Assembly: GCA_021789895.1 (NCBI GenBank)
Contig: JAJYIU010000021.1
Span: 30 to 64,029 of the forward strand
Length of the DNA stretch: 64,000 nucleotides
DNA from: Acidobacteriota bacterium
GTDB taxonomy: Bacteria > Acidobacteriota > Terriglobia > Terriglobales > SCQP01
Reading direction: 5' to 3'
This document shows positions 27,993 to 36,682 of the stretch, piece by piece. Positions within the stretch are counted from its first letter, which is position 1. Every line of letters begins with the position of its first letter. The position numbers were made by a program, and so were the translations under genes. The notes beneath the pieces are model-generated. The model worked only from the letters and a program-made list of their open reading frames with translations. It searched no databases and had not been told where the DNA came from.

Positions 27993-29439
27993 CGGACGCC
28001 GCGTCGTGGTGACCGGCCTGGGCGCCATCTCGCCGCTGGGCTGGGGCGCGGAAGAGTTCTGGAATAGCCTCACCCAGGGGCGCAGCGGGATCGGCGCGAC
28101 CGCCCATCTCGATCTGGCTCCCTTCCGCAGCCGGGTAGCCGGCGCGGTGCACGGCTTCCAGGCGCGCAAGCATCTTTCCGACCCGAAGACGCTCAAGCTG
28201 ATGACCCGCTCGGTGAGCCTGGGCGTGGCCGCCGCCGAAGCCGCCATCGCCGACTCCGGCTGGAAACCCGGCGCCGACGATCCCGCCCGGATCGGCTGCT
28301 TTGTCGGCTCTCCCGGTCATGCCGGCGAGCGGGATGAGCTGCTGCCGGCGCTGGCGCTGGCCTGGCGAGAGGGCCGGCTCGACCTGGGCACCTATGGCGA
28401 ACAAGGCATTGCCGCCACCAATCCGCTCTGGCTGCTGAAAAGCCTGGCCAACATCGTGTTGTATTTCGCCAGCCTCAAGCTGGGCTCGCACGGCCCCAAC
28501 GCCAACATCTGCATGTCGGGGGCGGGCGGGGTGATGGCGGTAGGCGAAGCGGCGGCGGAAATCCTCGCCGGCCGCGCCGATCTGGCGCTGGCGGGCGGCT
28601 ATGAATCGCTGCTGGACGACGAGCGCCTGGAAAGCTTCGAGCGCTCCGGCCTGCTGTGCCTGGAAGCCGGCGACGGGCCCGCCGCCAGCCGCCCCTTCGA
28701 CCGCGGGCGGCAAGGGTTCGTCCCCGGGGAAGGCGCGGGCTTTCTGATGCTGGAAGAGCGCCAGCACGCCCAGGCCCGCGGCGCCCGCATTTACACCGAG
28801 TTGCTCGGCTACGGGCAGGCCGCACCCGGGCGCGAATGCCAGCCTTTCCGCGCCCACGAAACTCCAGCCGCGTTCGCGCATGCCGCCGCCGCCGCGCTCG
28901 CCGAAGCGCGGCTCAGCGCCTGGCAGCTCGACGCCATCTTCGCGCACGGCCTGGGCACGCCCGCCAGCGACCGCGCCGAAGCCGAAGCGCTGCTGCAACT
29001 GCTGGGCGCCCGCGCCGCCTACATCCCGATTACGGCGGTCAAGTCGCTGACCGGCAATCTGGCGGCGGCTTCCGGCCCGCTCGAAATCATCGCCGCGGCC
29101 GGCTGCTTTGCCCCGCGTTCCATGCCGGTGCCGGCGATTGCCAACCTGGACGATCCCGATCCGGTCGGCCTCGATTACGTGCGCCGGTCGCCGCGGCCGC
29201 TGGCCGGCGCCACCGAATACGCCTCCCGGCCCCTGCCGGCGGGCGCCGCAACCGGCCTGGCGCAGACGGCGCCGGAGCGCGGCGAATTCGCGCGCCGCAT
29301 TCTGATCAACTCGGCCAGCTTGACCGGCGTTGCCGCCTGCCTGGTGCTGGGCGAAAGCCCCGCCGCGGATGCCGGGTTGCCAGCGGTCGAGGCTGCCATC
29401 AGCGTGCCTGCCCTACAGCCCGCCTGCGAGGCCAAATGA
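27973..29439 (+). CDS. Divergent beta-ketoacyl synthase-like protein (KS2; Cys-His-Asn, insertions and C-terminal tail)
   Basis: RRVVVTGLGAISPLG; NICMSGAGGVMA (Cys kept); AHGLGTPASD (His kept); SLTGNLAAASG (second His replaced by Asn). There is an extra Pro/Ala-rich insertion before ILINSASLTG and about 40 aa of tail. Start is either the GTG at 27973 (20-nt overlap with KS1) or the ATG at 27919. Confidence 0.75.
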   Translation: MLTPKNNGRRVVVTGLGAISPLGWGAEEFWNSLTQGRSGIGATAHLDLAPFRSRVAGAVHGFQARKHLSDPKTLKLMTRSVSLGVAAAEAAIADSGWKPGADDPARIGCFVGSPGHAGERDELLPALALAWREGRLDLGTYGEQGIAATNPLWLLKSLANIVLYFASLKLGSHGPNANICMSGAGGVMAVGEAAAEILAGRADLALAGGYESLLDDERLESFERSGLLCLEAGDGPAASRPFDRGRQGFVPGEGAGFLMLEERQHAQARGARIYTELLGYGQAAPGRECQPFRAHETPAAFAHAAAAALAEARLSAWQLDAIFAHGLGTPASDRAEAEALLQLLGARAAYIPITAVKSLTGNLAAASGPLEIIAAAGCFAPRSMPVPAIANLDDPDPVGLDYVRRSPRPLAGATEYASRPLPAGAATGLAQTAPERGEFARRILINSASLTGVAACLVLGESPAADAGLPAVEAAISVPALQPACEAK

Positions 29440-30221
29440 ATCCGCCCTCCCCACCTGCGTCAACCACGGGCAGCAGCCTCCGCCTCGACGGCCGCACCGC
29501 GCTGGTGACCGGCGCCGGGCGCGGCATCGGCCGCGCCATCGCCCTGCGGCTGGCGCGCGAGGGCGCGCGCGTGGCGGTGAACTACAACCGCAGCCGCAAC
29601 GATGCCGCAGCCGTGGTCGCGGCCATCCGCGCCGAAGGCGGGGAAGCCGAGGCCTTTGCCGCCGATGTCAGCCAATCCGCCGCCGCCCAGCAATTGATCG
29701 AAGCCGTCGAGCGCGGCTTCGGCAAGGTCGACATCCTGGTCAACAACGCCGGCGTGATCCGCGATCAGTTGCTGATCAGCATGGAAGACGACGATTGGCG
29801 GGCGGTCATGAGCGCCAATCTCGACAGCGTTTTTTACTGCTGCCGCGCGGCGGTGCGCTTCATGCTCCGCCGCCGCTACGGCCGCATCATCAACCTGTCG
29901 TCGGTCGCCGGCACCCGGCCGGGCAAGGGTCAGGCCAACTACGCCGCCTCCAAAGGCGGCATCAACGCTTTCACCAAAGCGCTGGCGGCGGAGCTGGCGG
30001 GACGCAATATCACCGTCAACGCCATCGCCCCGGGCGTGATCGAGACCGAAATGTCGCAGGCGATTCGCGACGCCGCGGCCGAGGAAATCCTGGCGCACAT
30101 CGGGCTCAAGCGTTTCGGCCGGGTGGAGGAGATTGCCGGCGTCGCCGCTTTCCTGGCCTCCGCCGATGCCGGCTATATCACCGGCGAGGTCTTGCACGTG
30201 GACGGAGGCTTGCGCGGCTGA
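29436..30221 (+). CDS. fabG: 3-Oxoacyl-ACP reductase
   Basis: The ATG at 29436 overlaps the KS2 stop (ATGA). ALVTGAGRGIGRAIA, NNAG, SSVAG...YAASKGG (YxxxK), HVDGG. Confidence 0.9.
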   Translation: MNPPSPPASTTGSSLRLDGRTALVTGAGRGIGRAIALRLAREGARVAVNYNRSRNDAAAVVAAIRAEGGEAEAFAADVSQSAAAQQLIEAVERGFGKVDILVNNAGVIRDQLLISMEDDDWRAVMSANLDSVFYCCRAAVRFMLRRRYGRIINLSSVAGTRPGKGQANYAASKGGINAFTKALAAELAGRNITVNAIAPGVIETEMSQAIRDAAAEEILAHIGLKRFGRVEEIAGVAAFLASADAGYITGEVLHVDGGLRG

Positions 30222-31246
30222 TGAAAGCGTTGCGCGATGTCGTGGTCACCGGCCAGGGCTGGCTGCTGCCGCCGGGGATGACGCCGGCCAGTTTCGAAAC
30301 CCCGCTGGCGTCCGATGCCGGGCCGGCGGCGCGCCAGTTGCACGGCTTCGATGCCGCCGCCTACGTGGGAGACCCGAAAGTGCTGCGCGCCATGAATCGC
30401 GTTTTCCAGATCGCCGCCGCGGCTTCGGTGCTGGCGATGCGGCCGGCCGGCTTCATTGCCCCCGCCGATCTGGAACGCGCAGGGCTGGTTCCCGAGCGCT
30501 GCGGCATCGCGACCGCGATGACGGAAATCTCGCCGGTGGACGCCAACCTGATCGACGCCATCCGGGACAGGAGCGCCGGTGAGAAGTTCGACCTGGGCGC
30601 TTTTGGCGAGTCGGCGCGCCATCGCCTGCATCCTTTCCGCCGGCTGATGCTGCTGGCTAACATGGCGGCGGCGCACAGTTCCCTGCTGTTCGGGCTGCAG
30701 GGGCCCAGCTTTACCTTCAACTCCGGCACCAGTTCCGGATTGCAGGCGATTCGCGAGGCCTGCTGGACGATCGCCAGCGGACGCGCCGACCTGATGCTGT
30801 GCGAGGCGGCCGATTCACCCCAAAACTCGCTGCATTGCCATCCGGTGACCGAAGCCGCCGCCGCGCTGGTATTGGAAGCGGAAGCAGTAGCCCGTCGCCG
30901 TGGCGCCCGCATCCTGGCCTGTCTGCGACCCGGCCCGGAGCAGCCCTGTCCTTCGCATCCCCGCGTGGGGGAGCCGTCCAGCGAAGCGGCATTTTGTCAT
31001 CACGCGCCGGCTGCCGCCGGGCTGCTCGCCGTCCTGGCGCGGCTGCCTGACGGCCGCGCGGCAGCGGAACGCCAGCAGCCGGGCTCTTTGCGGGAGACGG
31101 CGCCCGGCTACCCGCCGGAGGCGAGCGCGGCGCAGGCGCGGCCGGCAGTTTTATCGAGCTTGGAAATCGTGCCCTGCGCGCCGGACCCAGCCGCGCTGAC
31201 GGGGCCCTCGGCTGCGCTGGCCGCTGAAAAAGTTGGTACGCGATGA
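30221..31246 (+). CDS. Truncated KS-beta/chain-length-factor-like protein (no active-site Cys)
   Basis: The ATG at 30221 shares one base with the fabG stop (TGATG). The N-terminus VVVTGQGWLLPPG is KS-like. The active-site position reads FNSGTSSGLQA (Cys replaced by Thr). There is no HGTGT or GHxxxAAG block, and the C-terminal third is Pro/Ala-rich. Confidence 0.65.
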   Translation: MKALRDVVVTGQGWLLPPGMTPASFETPLASDAGPAARQLHGFDAAAYVGDPKVLRAMNRVFQIAAAASVLAMRPAGFIAPADLERAGLVPERCGIATAMTEISPVDANLIDAIRDRSAGEKFDLGAFGESARHRLHPFRRLMLLANMAAAHSSLLFGLQGPSFTFNSGTSSGLQAIREACWTIASGRADLMLCEAADSPQNSLHCHPVTEAAAALVLEAEAVARRRGARILACLRPGPEQPCPSHPRVGEPSSEAAFCHHAPAAAGLLAVLARLPDGRAAAERQQPGSLRETAPGYPPEASAAQARPAVLSSLEIVPCAPDPAALTGPSAALAAEKVGTR

Positions 31247-32472
31247 ACGACGTTTGGATTACCGGCATGGGCATCGTCTCGCCGCTGGGCGCGGGATTGG
31301 AGGCGCACCGCGCCGCACTCGCCGCCTCCCAATGCGGCATCCGCTATATACACCAGTTCCCGACCGATCGCTTTCCGGTGCGGATTGCCGGCGAGATTCC
31401 CGACCCGGAGCTGCCGCATGCCGCCGCCGGGCGGACCAGCATTCTGCTGGAGCGGGCGCTGGATCAGGCATTTGAGGATGCCGGCCTGGACCTCGCCAGC
31501 GCCAGCCCGCGGCGCGCCTTGAGCTGCGCCTTGGGCAAGCAGACGGTGCGGCTGGAAACCCTGGCGGCGGCCTTGTCCGCGCCCGAATCTGATCCCGCCG
31601 CCGAGCCGCCACGCTGGCCGCGCGAATTCGTTTGTGATTGGGAACGGCGCGAGCCGGCGAGCGAATTAGACCGCCTTGCCCGCCGGGCGGGCGCGCTGGG
31701 CCCGGCTTATTGCTGCTATACCGCCTGCGCCTCCGGCAACGACGCGCTTGGCATGGGCAAGCGGCTGATCGAGCGCGGCGAGGCGGACGTGGTGGTGGCC
31801 GCCGCCGCCGACTGCCAGGTGAATCCGCTCAGCCTGTTGGAATTCGATCTGCTCGACGCCCTCGCTCAAGGCGAGCCGGAGCGTGCCTGCCGGCCCTTTG
31901 ACCGGCAGCGGACCGGCTTCGTGGTGGGCGAAGGTGCGGCGGTGCTGGTGCTCGAATCCGCCCCGCATGCGCGCCGCCGCCGCGCCCGCGCGCGCGGCTA
32001 CTTGAGCGGCTACGGCAGCGCGCTCGATTGTTTTGGCCTGACCAAGTGCCACCCGCAGGGGCGTGGCGCCGCAATGGCGATCGCCGCCGCCCTGGCCGAC
32101 GCCGGCCGCCGCCCCGAAGAAGTCGGCTACATCAACGCCCATGGCACCGGCACCGTGCTCAACGACCGCGCCGAATCCGCCGCGATTTACCACGTCTGGG
32201 GCGCCGGCGCCCGGCGCCTGCCGGTCAGTTCGACCAAATCGATGACCGGCCATCTGATTGCCGCCGCCTCCGCTGTCGAGGCGGTGCTGACGCTGCTGGC
32301 GCTCGAAATGCAACTGCTGCCGGCCACGCTCAACTACGCCACCCCGGATCCGGAATGCGATCTGGCGGTGGTCGCCACACCCCGTTCCGCCGAGTTCCGG
32401 GTGGCGATGTCGAATGGCTTTGGCTTTGGCGGACAAAATTCCGCGCTGGTGCTGGAGGCGCCATTGCCATGA
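31243..32472 (+). CDS. Beta-ketoacyl-ACP synthase I/II type (KS4, intact Cys-His-His)
   Basis: The ATG at 31243 overlaps the preceding stop (ATGA). YTACASGNDA, NAHGTGTVLND, SMTGHLIAAAS, NGFGFGGQNSALVLE. Confidence 0.9.
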   Translation: MNDVWITGMGIVSPLGAGLEAHRAALAASQCGIRYIHQFPTDRFPVRIAGEIPDPELPHAAAGRTSILLERALDQAFEDAGLDLASASPRRALSCALGKQTVRLETLAAALSAPESDPAAEPPRWPREFVCDWERREPASELDRLARRAGALGPAYCCYTACASGNDALGMGKRLIERGEADVVVAAAADCQVNPLSLLEFDLLDALAQGEPERACRPFDRQRTGFVVGEGAAVLVLESAPHARRRRARARGYLSGYGSALDCFGLTKCHPQGRGAAMAIAAALADAGRRPEEVGYINAHGTGTVLNDRAESAAIYHVWGAGARRLPVSSTKSMTGHLIAAASAVEAVLTLLALEMQLLPATLNYATPDPECDLAVVATPRSAEFRVAMSNGFGFGGQNSALVLEAPLP

Positions 32473-32495
32473 AAAGCGGCACGGCCGCTTTTACA
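32472..32495 (+). terminator. Candidate intrinsic terminator after KS4
   Basis: AAAAGCGGC-ACG-GCCGCTTTT forms a perfect 9-bp stem starting at the last base of the stop codon. The short T run is part of the stem. Confidence 0.45.
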
Positions 32496-32610
32496 TTCAG
32501 GCGCGGGAACCGGAACGAACCCCGCGCTGCGGCCTGCCACGCGCTGCGCGGGTACCCGTTCCCGGAGATGAACGCCTGCCCGATTCGGCCGTTGGGAAAA
32601 ATAAGATTAT

Positions 32611-33960
32611 ATGTCCACCCTGCTTGAACCCACCTTCGATTGGCTCGATCGCAACCTGCTGCGCAGCCCGGCGGCGCGGCTGTGGATCGCCCGGCACCTG
32701 ACGCCCGGGTTCATCTCGCTCCTGCAGGCGAGCAAGTTCCGCCGGCTGGTGCGCTATGCCGCGCGGCATTCCAAGTTTTATCGCGAAGCTTTCCGCCAGC
32801 ATGGAATCGACCCGAAGCGCGTCCGCTGCCATGCCGACCTGGGCAATTTCTTTACCACCCCCGAGGACCTGAAGACGCATCCGATCGAGGATTTTCTTTG
32901 TGCTCCCGGGGAGTGCGGTTTCGAGACCACCGGCACCAGCATGGGGATCAACAAGCGGGTTTATTTCTCTTACCAGGAGATGTTCGACTATGGGCGCGAC
33001 GGTGCCGCCGGGCTGTATAACCTCGGGATGCGCCGCGGAGACGTGGTGCTTGACGGCTTCGATTATTCATTCTGGAACGCCCCCTTCACCGCCTATTACT
33101 CGCTGATGCCGCTGCGCTGCCTGCACGTGATCGGCGGCTTCATCGAACCCCAGGAACTGTACGACCGGATGAAGGTGTACCGTCCCAACGTGCTGCTGGG
33201 CGTGCCCACGCACATGGTGCGGGTGACCGAGGTGGCGGAAAAGAACGGCGCCTGGCCGATGAAGTTCATGCTGCTGGGCGGCGAAAATCTCAGCGAGCGC
33301 ACCCGCAAGTATCTCGAATCGGTTTGGCGCGGCGCGCGGGTTTACCTCAGTTACGGCCAGACCGAAAACTTCGGCATCACCGGAATCGAATGTCCCGAAA
33401 AGGGCGGCTATCACGTCAGCGGCCTCAGCCTGGTATCGGAAATCATCGAGCCGGACGAGAATGGTTACGGCGAGATGGCATACTCCACGCTCAATCGCAA
33501 GGTGATGCCGCTGATCCGCTACCGCTCCGCCGACATTACCCGCTGGGCGGACAACGGGACGTGCACTTGCGGGCTGAAAGTCATGCCGCGGCTGGACAAA
33601 GTGGTCGGCCGCACGGACGAGCTGATCAACTGCTCGATGGGCAATATCAGCCCCTACTGGTTCGAGGAAATTCTGCGCGACATCACCGCCGTGAGCGGCG
33701 ACTGGCAAGTGATCGTGCGCCGCGGCGACCGCGACGATGCCATCGAAATGAATCTGGAGCCGGTCAACGGCGCCAACCCGCAGGCGATCCGGGAGCAGGT
33801 GCTGGCCAACATCCAGGCGCGCTTCCCCGATTGCTGGCGTTATTACACCAAGGGCTTTTTCGCGCTCGACATCAAGTTTCATCCCCGGCATAGCCTGGCC
33901 GGGGATGGCCGCAAGCTGCGCCGGCTGATTGACGCCCGGCGCGACGCCTGGAACAAATAA
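32611..33960 (+). CDS. CapK/PaaK (coenzyme F390 synthetase-like) adenylate-forming ligase, paralog 2
   Basis: FFTTPEDLKTHP...GFETTGTSMGINKRVYFS...YGQTENFG...RKVMPLIRYRSADITR...GRTDELI. It is collinear with the 21842..23239 protein over its whole length. Confidence 0.8.
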   Translation: MSTLLEPTFDWLDRNLLRSPAARLWIARHLTPGFISLLQASKFRRLVRYAARHSKFYREAFRQHGIDPKRVRCHADLGNFFTTPEDLKTHPIEDFLCAPGECGFETTGTSMGINKRVYFSYQEMFDYGRDGAAGLYNLGMRRGDVVLDGFDYSFWNAPFTAYYSLMPLRCLHVIGGFIEPQELYDRMKVYRPNVLLGVPTHMVRVTEVAEKNGAWPMKFMLLGGENLSERTRKYLESVWRGARVYLSYGQTENFGITGIECPEKGGYHVSGLSLVSEIIEPDENGYGEMAYSTLNRKVMPLIRYRSADITRWADNGTCTCGLKVMPRLDKVVGRTDELINCSMGNISPYWFEEILRDITAVSGDWQVIVRRGDRDDAIEMNLEPVNGANPQAIREQVLANIQARFPDCWRYYTKGFFALDIKFHPRHSLAGDGRKLRRLIDARRDAWNK

Positions 33961-33994
33961 GCAGCCGAACGCAATGATTGATGGAGTGAATGAT

Positions 33995-35320
33995 ATGTCC
34001 CAACTAGCCTTAAACGGCGGCGCCCGGAGCGTTCCCGCCCAGCCCGGAAAAATCGCCTGGCCGATCGTCACCCCGGAGGACAAGGCCGCGGTGCAGCGGG
34101 TGCTGGATCGCGGGGTCCTGTGGGCCATGACCACGCTGACCGGGTTGAACTGCCCCGAACAGGATGCGCTGGAGCGCGAATTCGCGGAGTTCCTCGGCGT
34201 GCCGTACGCCCTCGCCGTCAACGGCGGCACCGCCGGGCTGCACATGGCGCTGGTGGCCGCCGGGGTGGAAGCCGGGGATGAAGTCATCACCTCCGCCTTT
34301 TCTTTTCTCGCCACTCCCGCCGCCATCCTGCACGCCGGCGCCATCCCCGTCTTCGTGGATGTTGACCCGCGCACCTGGAACATCGATCCGCAACGCATCG
34401 CGGAGAAAATCACTCCCCGCACCCGCGCCATCCTGGCGGTGGACATCCACGGCTTGTGCGCAGATTGGGATGCCATTCTCGAACTGGCCCGCCGCCACAA
34501 CCTGCTGGTGCTCGAGGACGCCTGCCAGGCCCCCGGCGCTTCCTATCGCGGGTGCCCGGCGGGCAGCTTCGGCCGCGCCGCCGGCTTTTCGGTGAATGGC
34601 ACCAAAAACTTCGCCGTCGGCGAAGGCGGCTTCATGGTCACCTCCGACGCTGAAATTCTCGCCCGCGGCGCCTGGCTCAAGCAGGTGGGCGAGACTCTGC
34701 CCGCCGACAACCCCGCCATGCGCCAGCAGCATCTGCTGGCCTGGAATTACCGGGTGCAGGAAATGCCCTGCGCTTTTGCCCGCAGCCAGCTCCGCCGCCT
34801 GGCCGCGGTCAACCAAACCGCGCGCCGCAATGCCGCTATCGTGGACGGCTACCTGCGGGAAACGCCCGGCCTGCGGGGGCCATATATTCCCGACGGCTGC
34901 GTTTCGGTCTATCACAAATACCGCATCACGCTGGTTCCGGAAGAATTAGACACGCCGCTGCGCGGGGTCGAGCTGCGCGACGCCTTCATGGCCGCGCTCG
35001 GCGCCGAGGGCGTGGACGTTGACCTTTGGGGCACCGCTCCTCTGGCGGCGCATCCAATGATCCGGGCGCGGCATGGCTTCGGCCACGGCTTCCCGTGGCG
35101 TCTGGCCGGCGCGCCGGAAAGCTATACCTACCGCGCCGAAGACTATCCGGTCACGCTGGAGATGTTCGCCAACAGTTTCTGCCTGACCAACGACGAGTTT
35201 CCGATTTACGCGCAACCCGAGCCGGTCATGCATGCCTACGGGCGGGCGCTGCAAAAGGTAGCGCAAAACGCGCGCGAGCTGGCGCAGGCGAAAGTGGCCG
35301 CGTGGCAGACGGCAACGTAA
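33995..35320 (+). CDS. DegT/DnrJ/EryC1/StrS family PLP-dependent aminotransferase
   Basis: ALAVNGGTAGLHMALVAAGV...EVITSAFSF.ATP...FVDVD...LLVLEDACQAPGA...GFSVNGTKNF (PLP Lys). GGAG lies upstream of the ATG at 33995; an ATG at 33974 is also possible. Confidence 0.85.
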   Translation: MSQLALNGGARSVPAQPGKIAWPIVTPEDKAAVQRVLDRGVLWAMTTLTGLNCPEQDALEREFAEFLGVPYALAVNGGTAGLHMALVAAGVEAGDEVITSAFSFLATPAAILHAGAIPVFVDVDPRTWNIDPQRIAEKITPRTRAILAVDIHGLCADWDAILELARRHNLLVLEDACQAPGASYRGCPAGSFGRAAGFSVNGTKNFAVGEGGFMVTSDAEILARGAWLKQVGETLPADNPAMRQQHLLAWNYRVQEMPCAFARSQLRRLAAVNQTARRNAAIVDGYLRETPGLRGPYIPDGCVSVYHKYRITLVPEELDTPLRGVELRDAFMAALGAEGVDVDLWGTAPLAAHPMIRARHGFGHGFPWRLAGAPESYTYRAEDYPVTLEMFANSFCLTNDEFPIYAQPEPVMHAYGRALQKVAQNARELAQAKVAAWQTAT

Positions 35321-35329
35321 AACGGCGCG

Positions 35330-36055
35330 CTAATGGGCCAGGCTGAATCTCACCCGGATCAGGGTTTCGACTTCGACCGGCATGCCGTTGAGCCGTGTGG
35401 GAGCATAACGCCAGGCGCGCACCGCCGCAATTGCCGCCTGAGCCAGAAGACCCGGACCGCTGACCAGCGCCAACTGCCGGATGCGGCCATGGCGTCCGAT
35501 GCGGGCGCGCAACACCACCGTGCCTTGTATGCGAGCCTGCCGGGCGAGGAAAGGATAGCGCGGCGGCGGGCAATCCAGGCACCGGGCCGCCTCCACATCG
35601 CCGCCGATGCGGTACACCGGCGCGGACAGCGCCGGTGGTTCGGGCGCCGGCGGGGCAGCGGCGCGGGGCAGGCTGTACCATGGCGCAAGGCCGGTGCTAG
35701 CCCCGTTCCGGCTGCCAACAATCACCCCCGTGGCTTGCGGCGCGGGCGGCAAAGCGGCGGCAGCCGGCATGGCGACATGTTGCGGAATCCAATGCGGCGT
35801 CTGGGGCAGGGGGGCAACCGGCGCGGAGCGATGAAACATCCGGGGGGCCGGTGCCGGCGCAGCCGCAGTCGGAGGTGGAGCGAGCGGCGCGATTTGCGCT
35901 GTCATCCGCACGAGCGGCAGCGTATGGGTTCCGATCAGCGGCAGCAGCAACAGTGCGCCGGCTGCCGCCAATTGCACTCCCAGCGAGATTAAAAAGCTCA
36001 GGGGCTTCGAACCCCATCCGCAGCGGCTTTTCAGCCAGATGCTTGTTTCGAACAT
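35330..36055 (-). CDS. tonB: TonB family energy transducer
   Basis: One N-terminal TM helix, a Pro/Ala-rich spacer, and the C-terminal TonB domain (PPPRYPFLARQARIQGTVVLRARIGRHGRIRQLALVSG...AVRAWRYAPTRLNGMPVEV). Start at the ATG at 36055 with GGGAGG upstream. Confidence 0.85.
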   Translation of the reverse strand: MFETSIWLKSRCGWGSKPLSFLISLGVQLAAAGALLLLPLIGTHTLPLVRMTAQIAPLAPPPTAAAPAPAPRMFHRSAPVAPLPQTPHWIPQHVAMPAAAALPPAPQATGVIVGSRNGASTGLAPWYSLPRAAAPPAPEPPALSAPVYRIGGDVEAARCLDCPPPRYPFLARQARIQGTVVLRARIGRHGRIRQLALVSGPGLLAQAAIAAVRAWRYAPTRLNGMPVEVETLIRVRFSLAH

Positions 36056-36300
36056 AGGCGCCTCCCAAGCCAATTGCCGCTGCACTGAAATAGACACCGG
36101 CGGGCGGAAATTGTTTCTTAACTGCTCTCTGCCGTCAGGCGTTTGGTGGCCCGCGGGGACCGCCGCAGGGGTAATAACGCAACCCCTAGGAAATTGCGTC
36201 AGCGGGAGACCGGCGGCCCCTTATTTGCTTGCCCCGGCGGGGGCAATGATTTAGGCTGAGGCCGGGCGCCGGGCACCGGGGAGCCGCCGGCGGGAATGCG

Positions 36301-36672
36301 ATGAGAACCATACTGGTCGTGGATGACAATCCCGAAGCCGCGCGCGAGTTGCAGACCCAGCTCGAATCCACCGGCCGTTTTCTGGTGGTTTGCGCCCACA
36401 ATGGCCCGGCCGCGCTCAACCTGGCGCGTTCCGCGCCGCCCGACCTGGTGCTCTGCAATGTGGAGATGCCGGGCATGGACGGCGGCAGCCTGGCCTGCGC
36501 GATGCAAGAAGAACCGGTGCTGCAAAAGCTGCCGTTGATCTTTCTCTCTTCCCTGATTTCCCCGCAGGAAAACGCGACCCGGCCGACGCTGGGGCGCTGG
36601 CCGATCGTGTCCAAACAATCCGCCTTTGAAATCATCGTCCGGCGGATTGACGCCGTACTCGCGCGCGTTTGA
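36301..36672 (+). CDS. Stand-alone receiver-domain protein with Asn at the phospho-acceptor position
   Basis: MRTILVVDDNPE... then PDLVLCNVEMPGMDG. The residue normally Asp in the DxxMPxMDG context is Asn. Confidence 0.8.
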   Translation: MRTILVVDDNPEAARELQTQLESTGRFLVVCAHNGPAALNLARSAPPDLVLCNVEMPGMDGGSLACAMQEEPVLQKLPLIFLSSLISPQENATRPTLGRWPIVSKQSAFEIIVRRIDAVLARV

Positions 36673-36682
36673 AAGGAAGCCT

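Noticed and set aside
28656-29435. Long upstream extensions of the fabG ORF (28656..30221) and of the CLF-like ORF (29330..31246).
   Set aside because: The extensions overlap the KS2 and fabG coding frames and are Arg/Pro-rich. The homology-supported starts (29436 and 30221) coincide with ATGA/TGATG coupling to the preceding stops.
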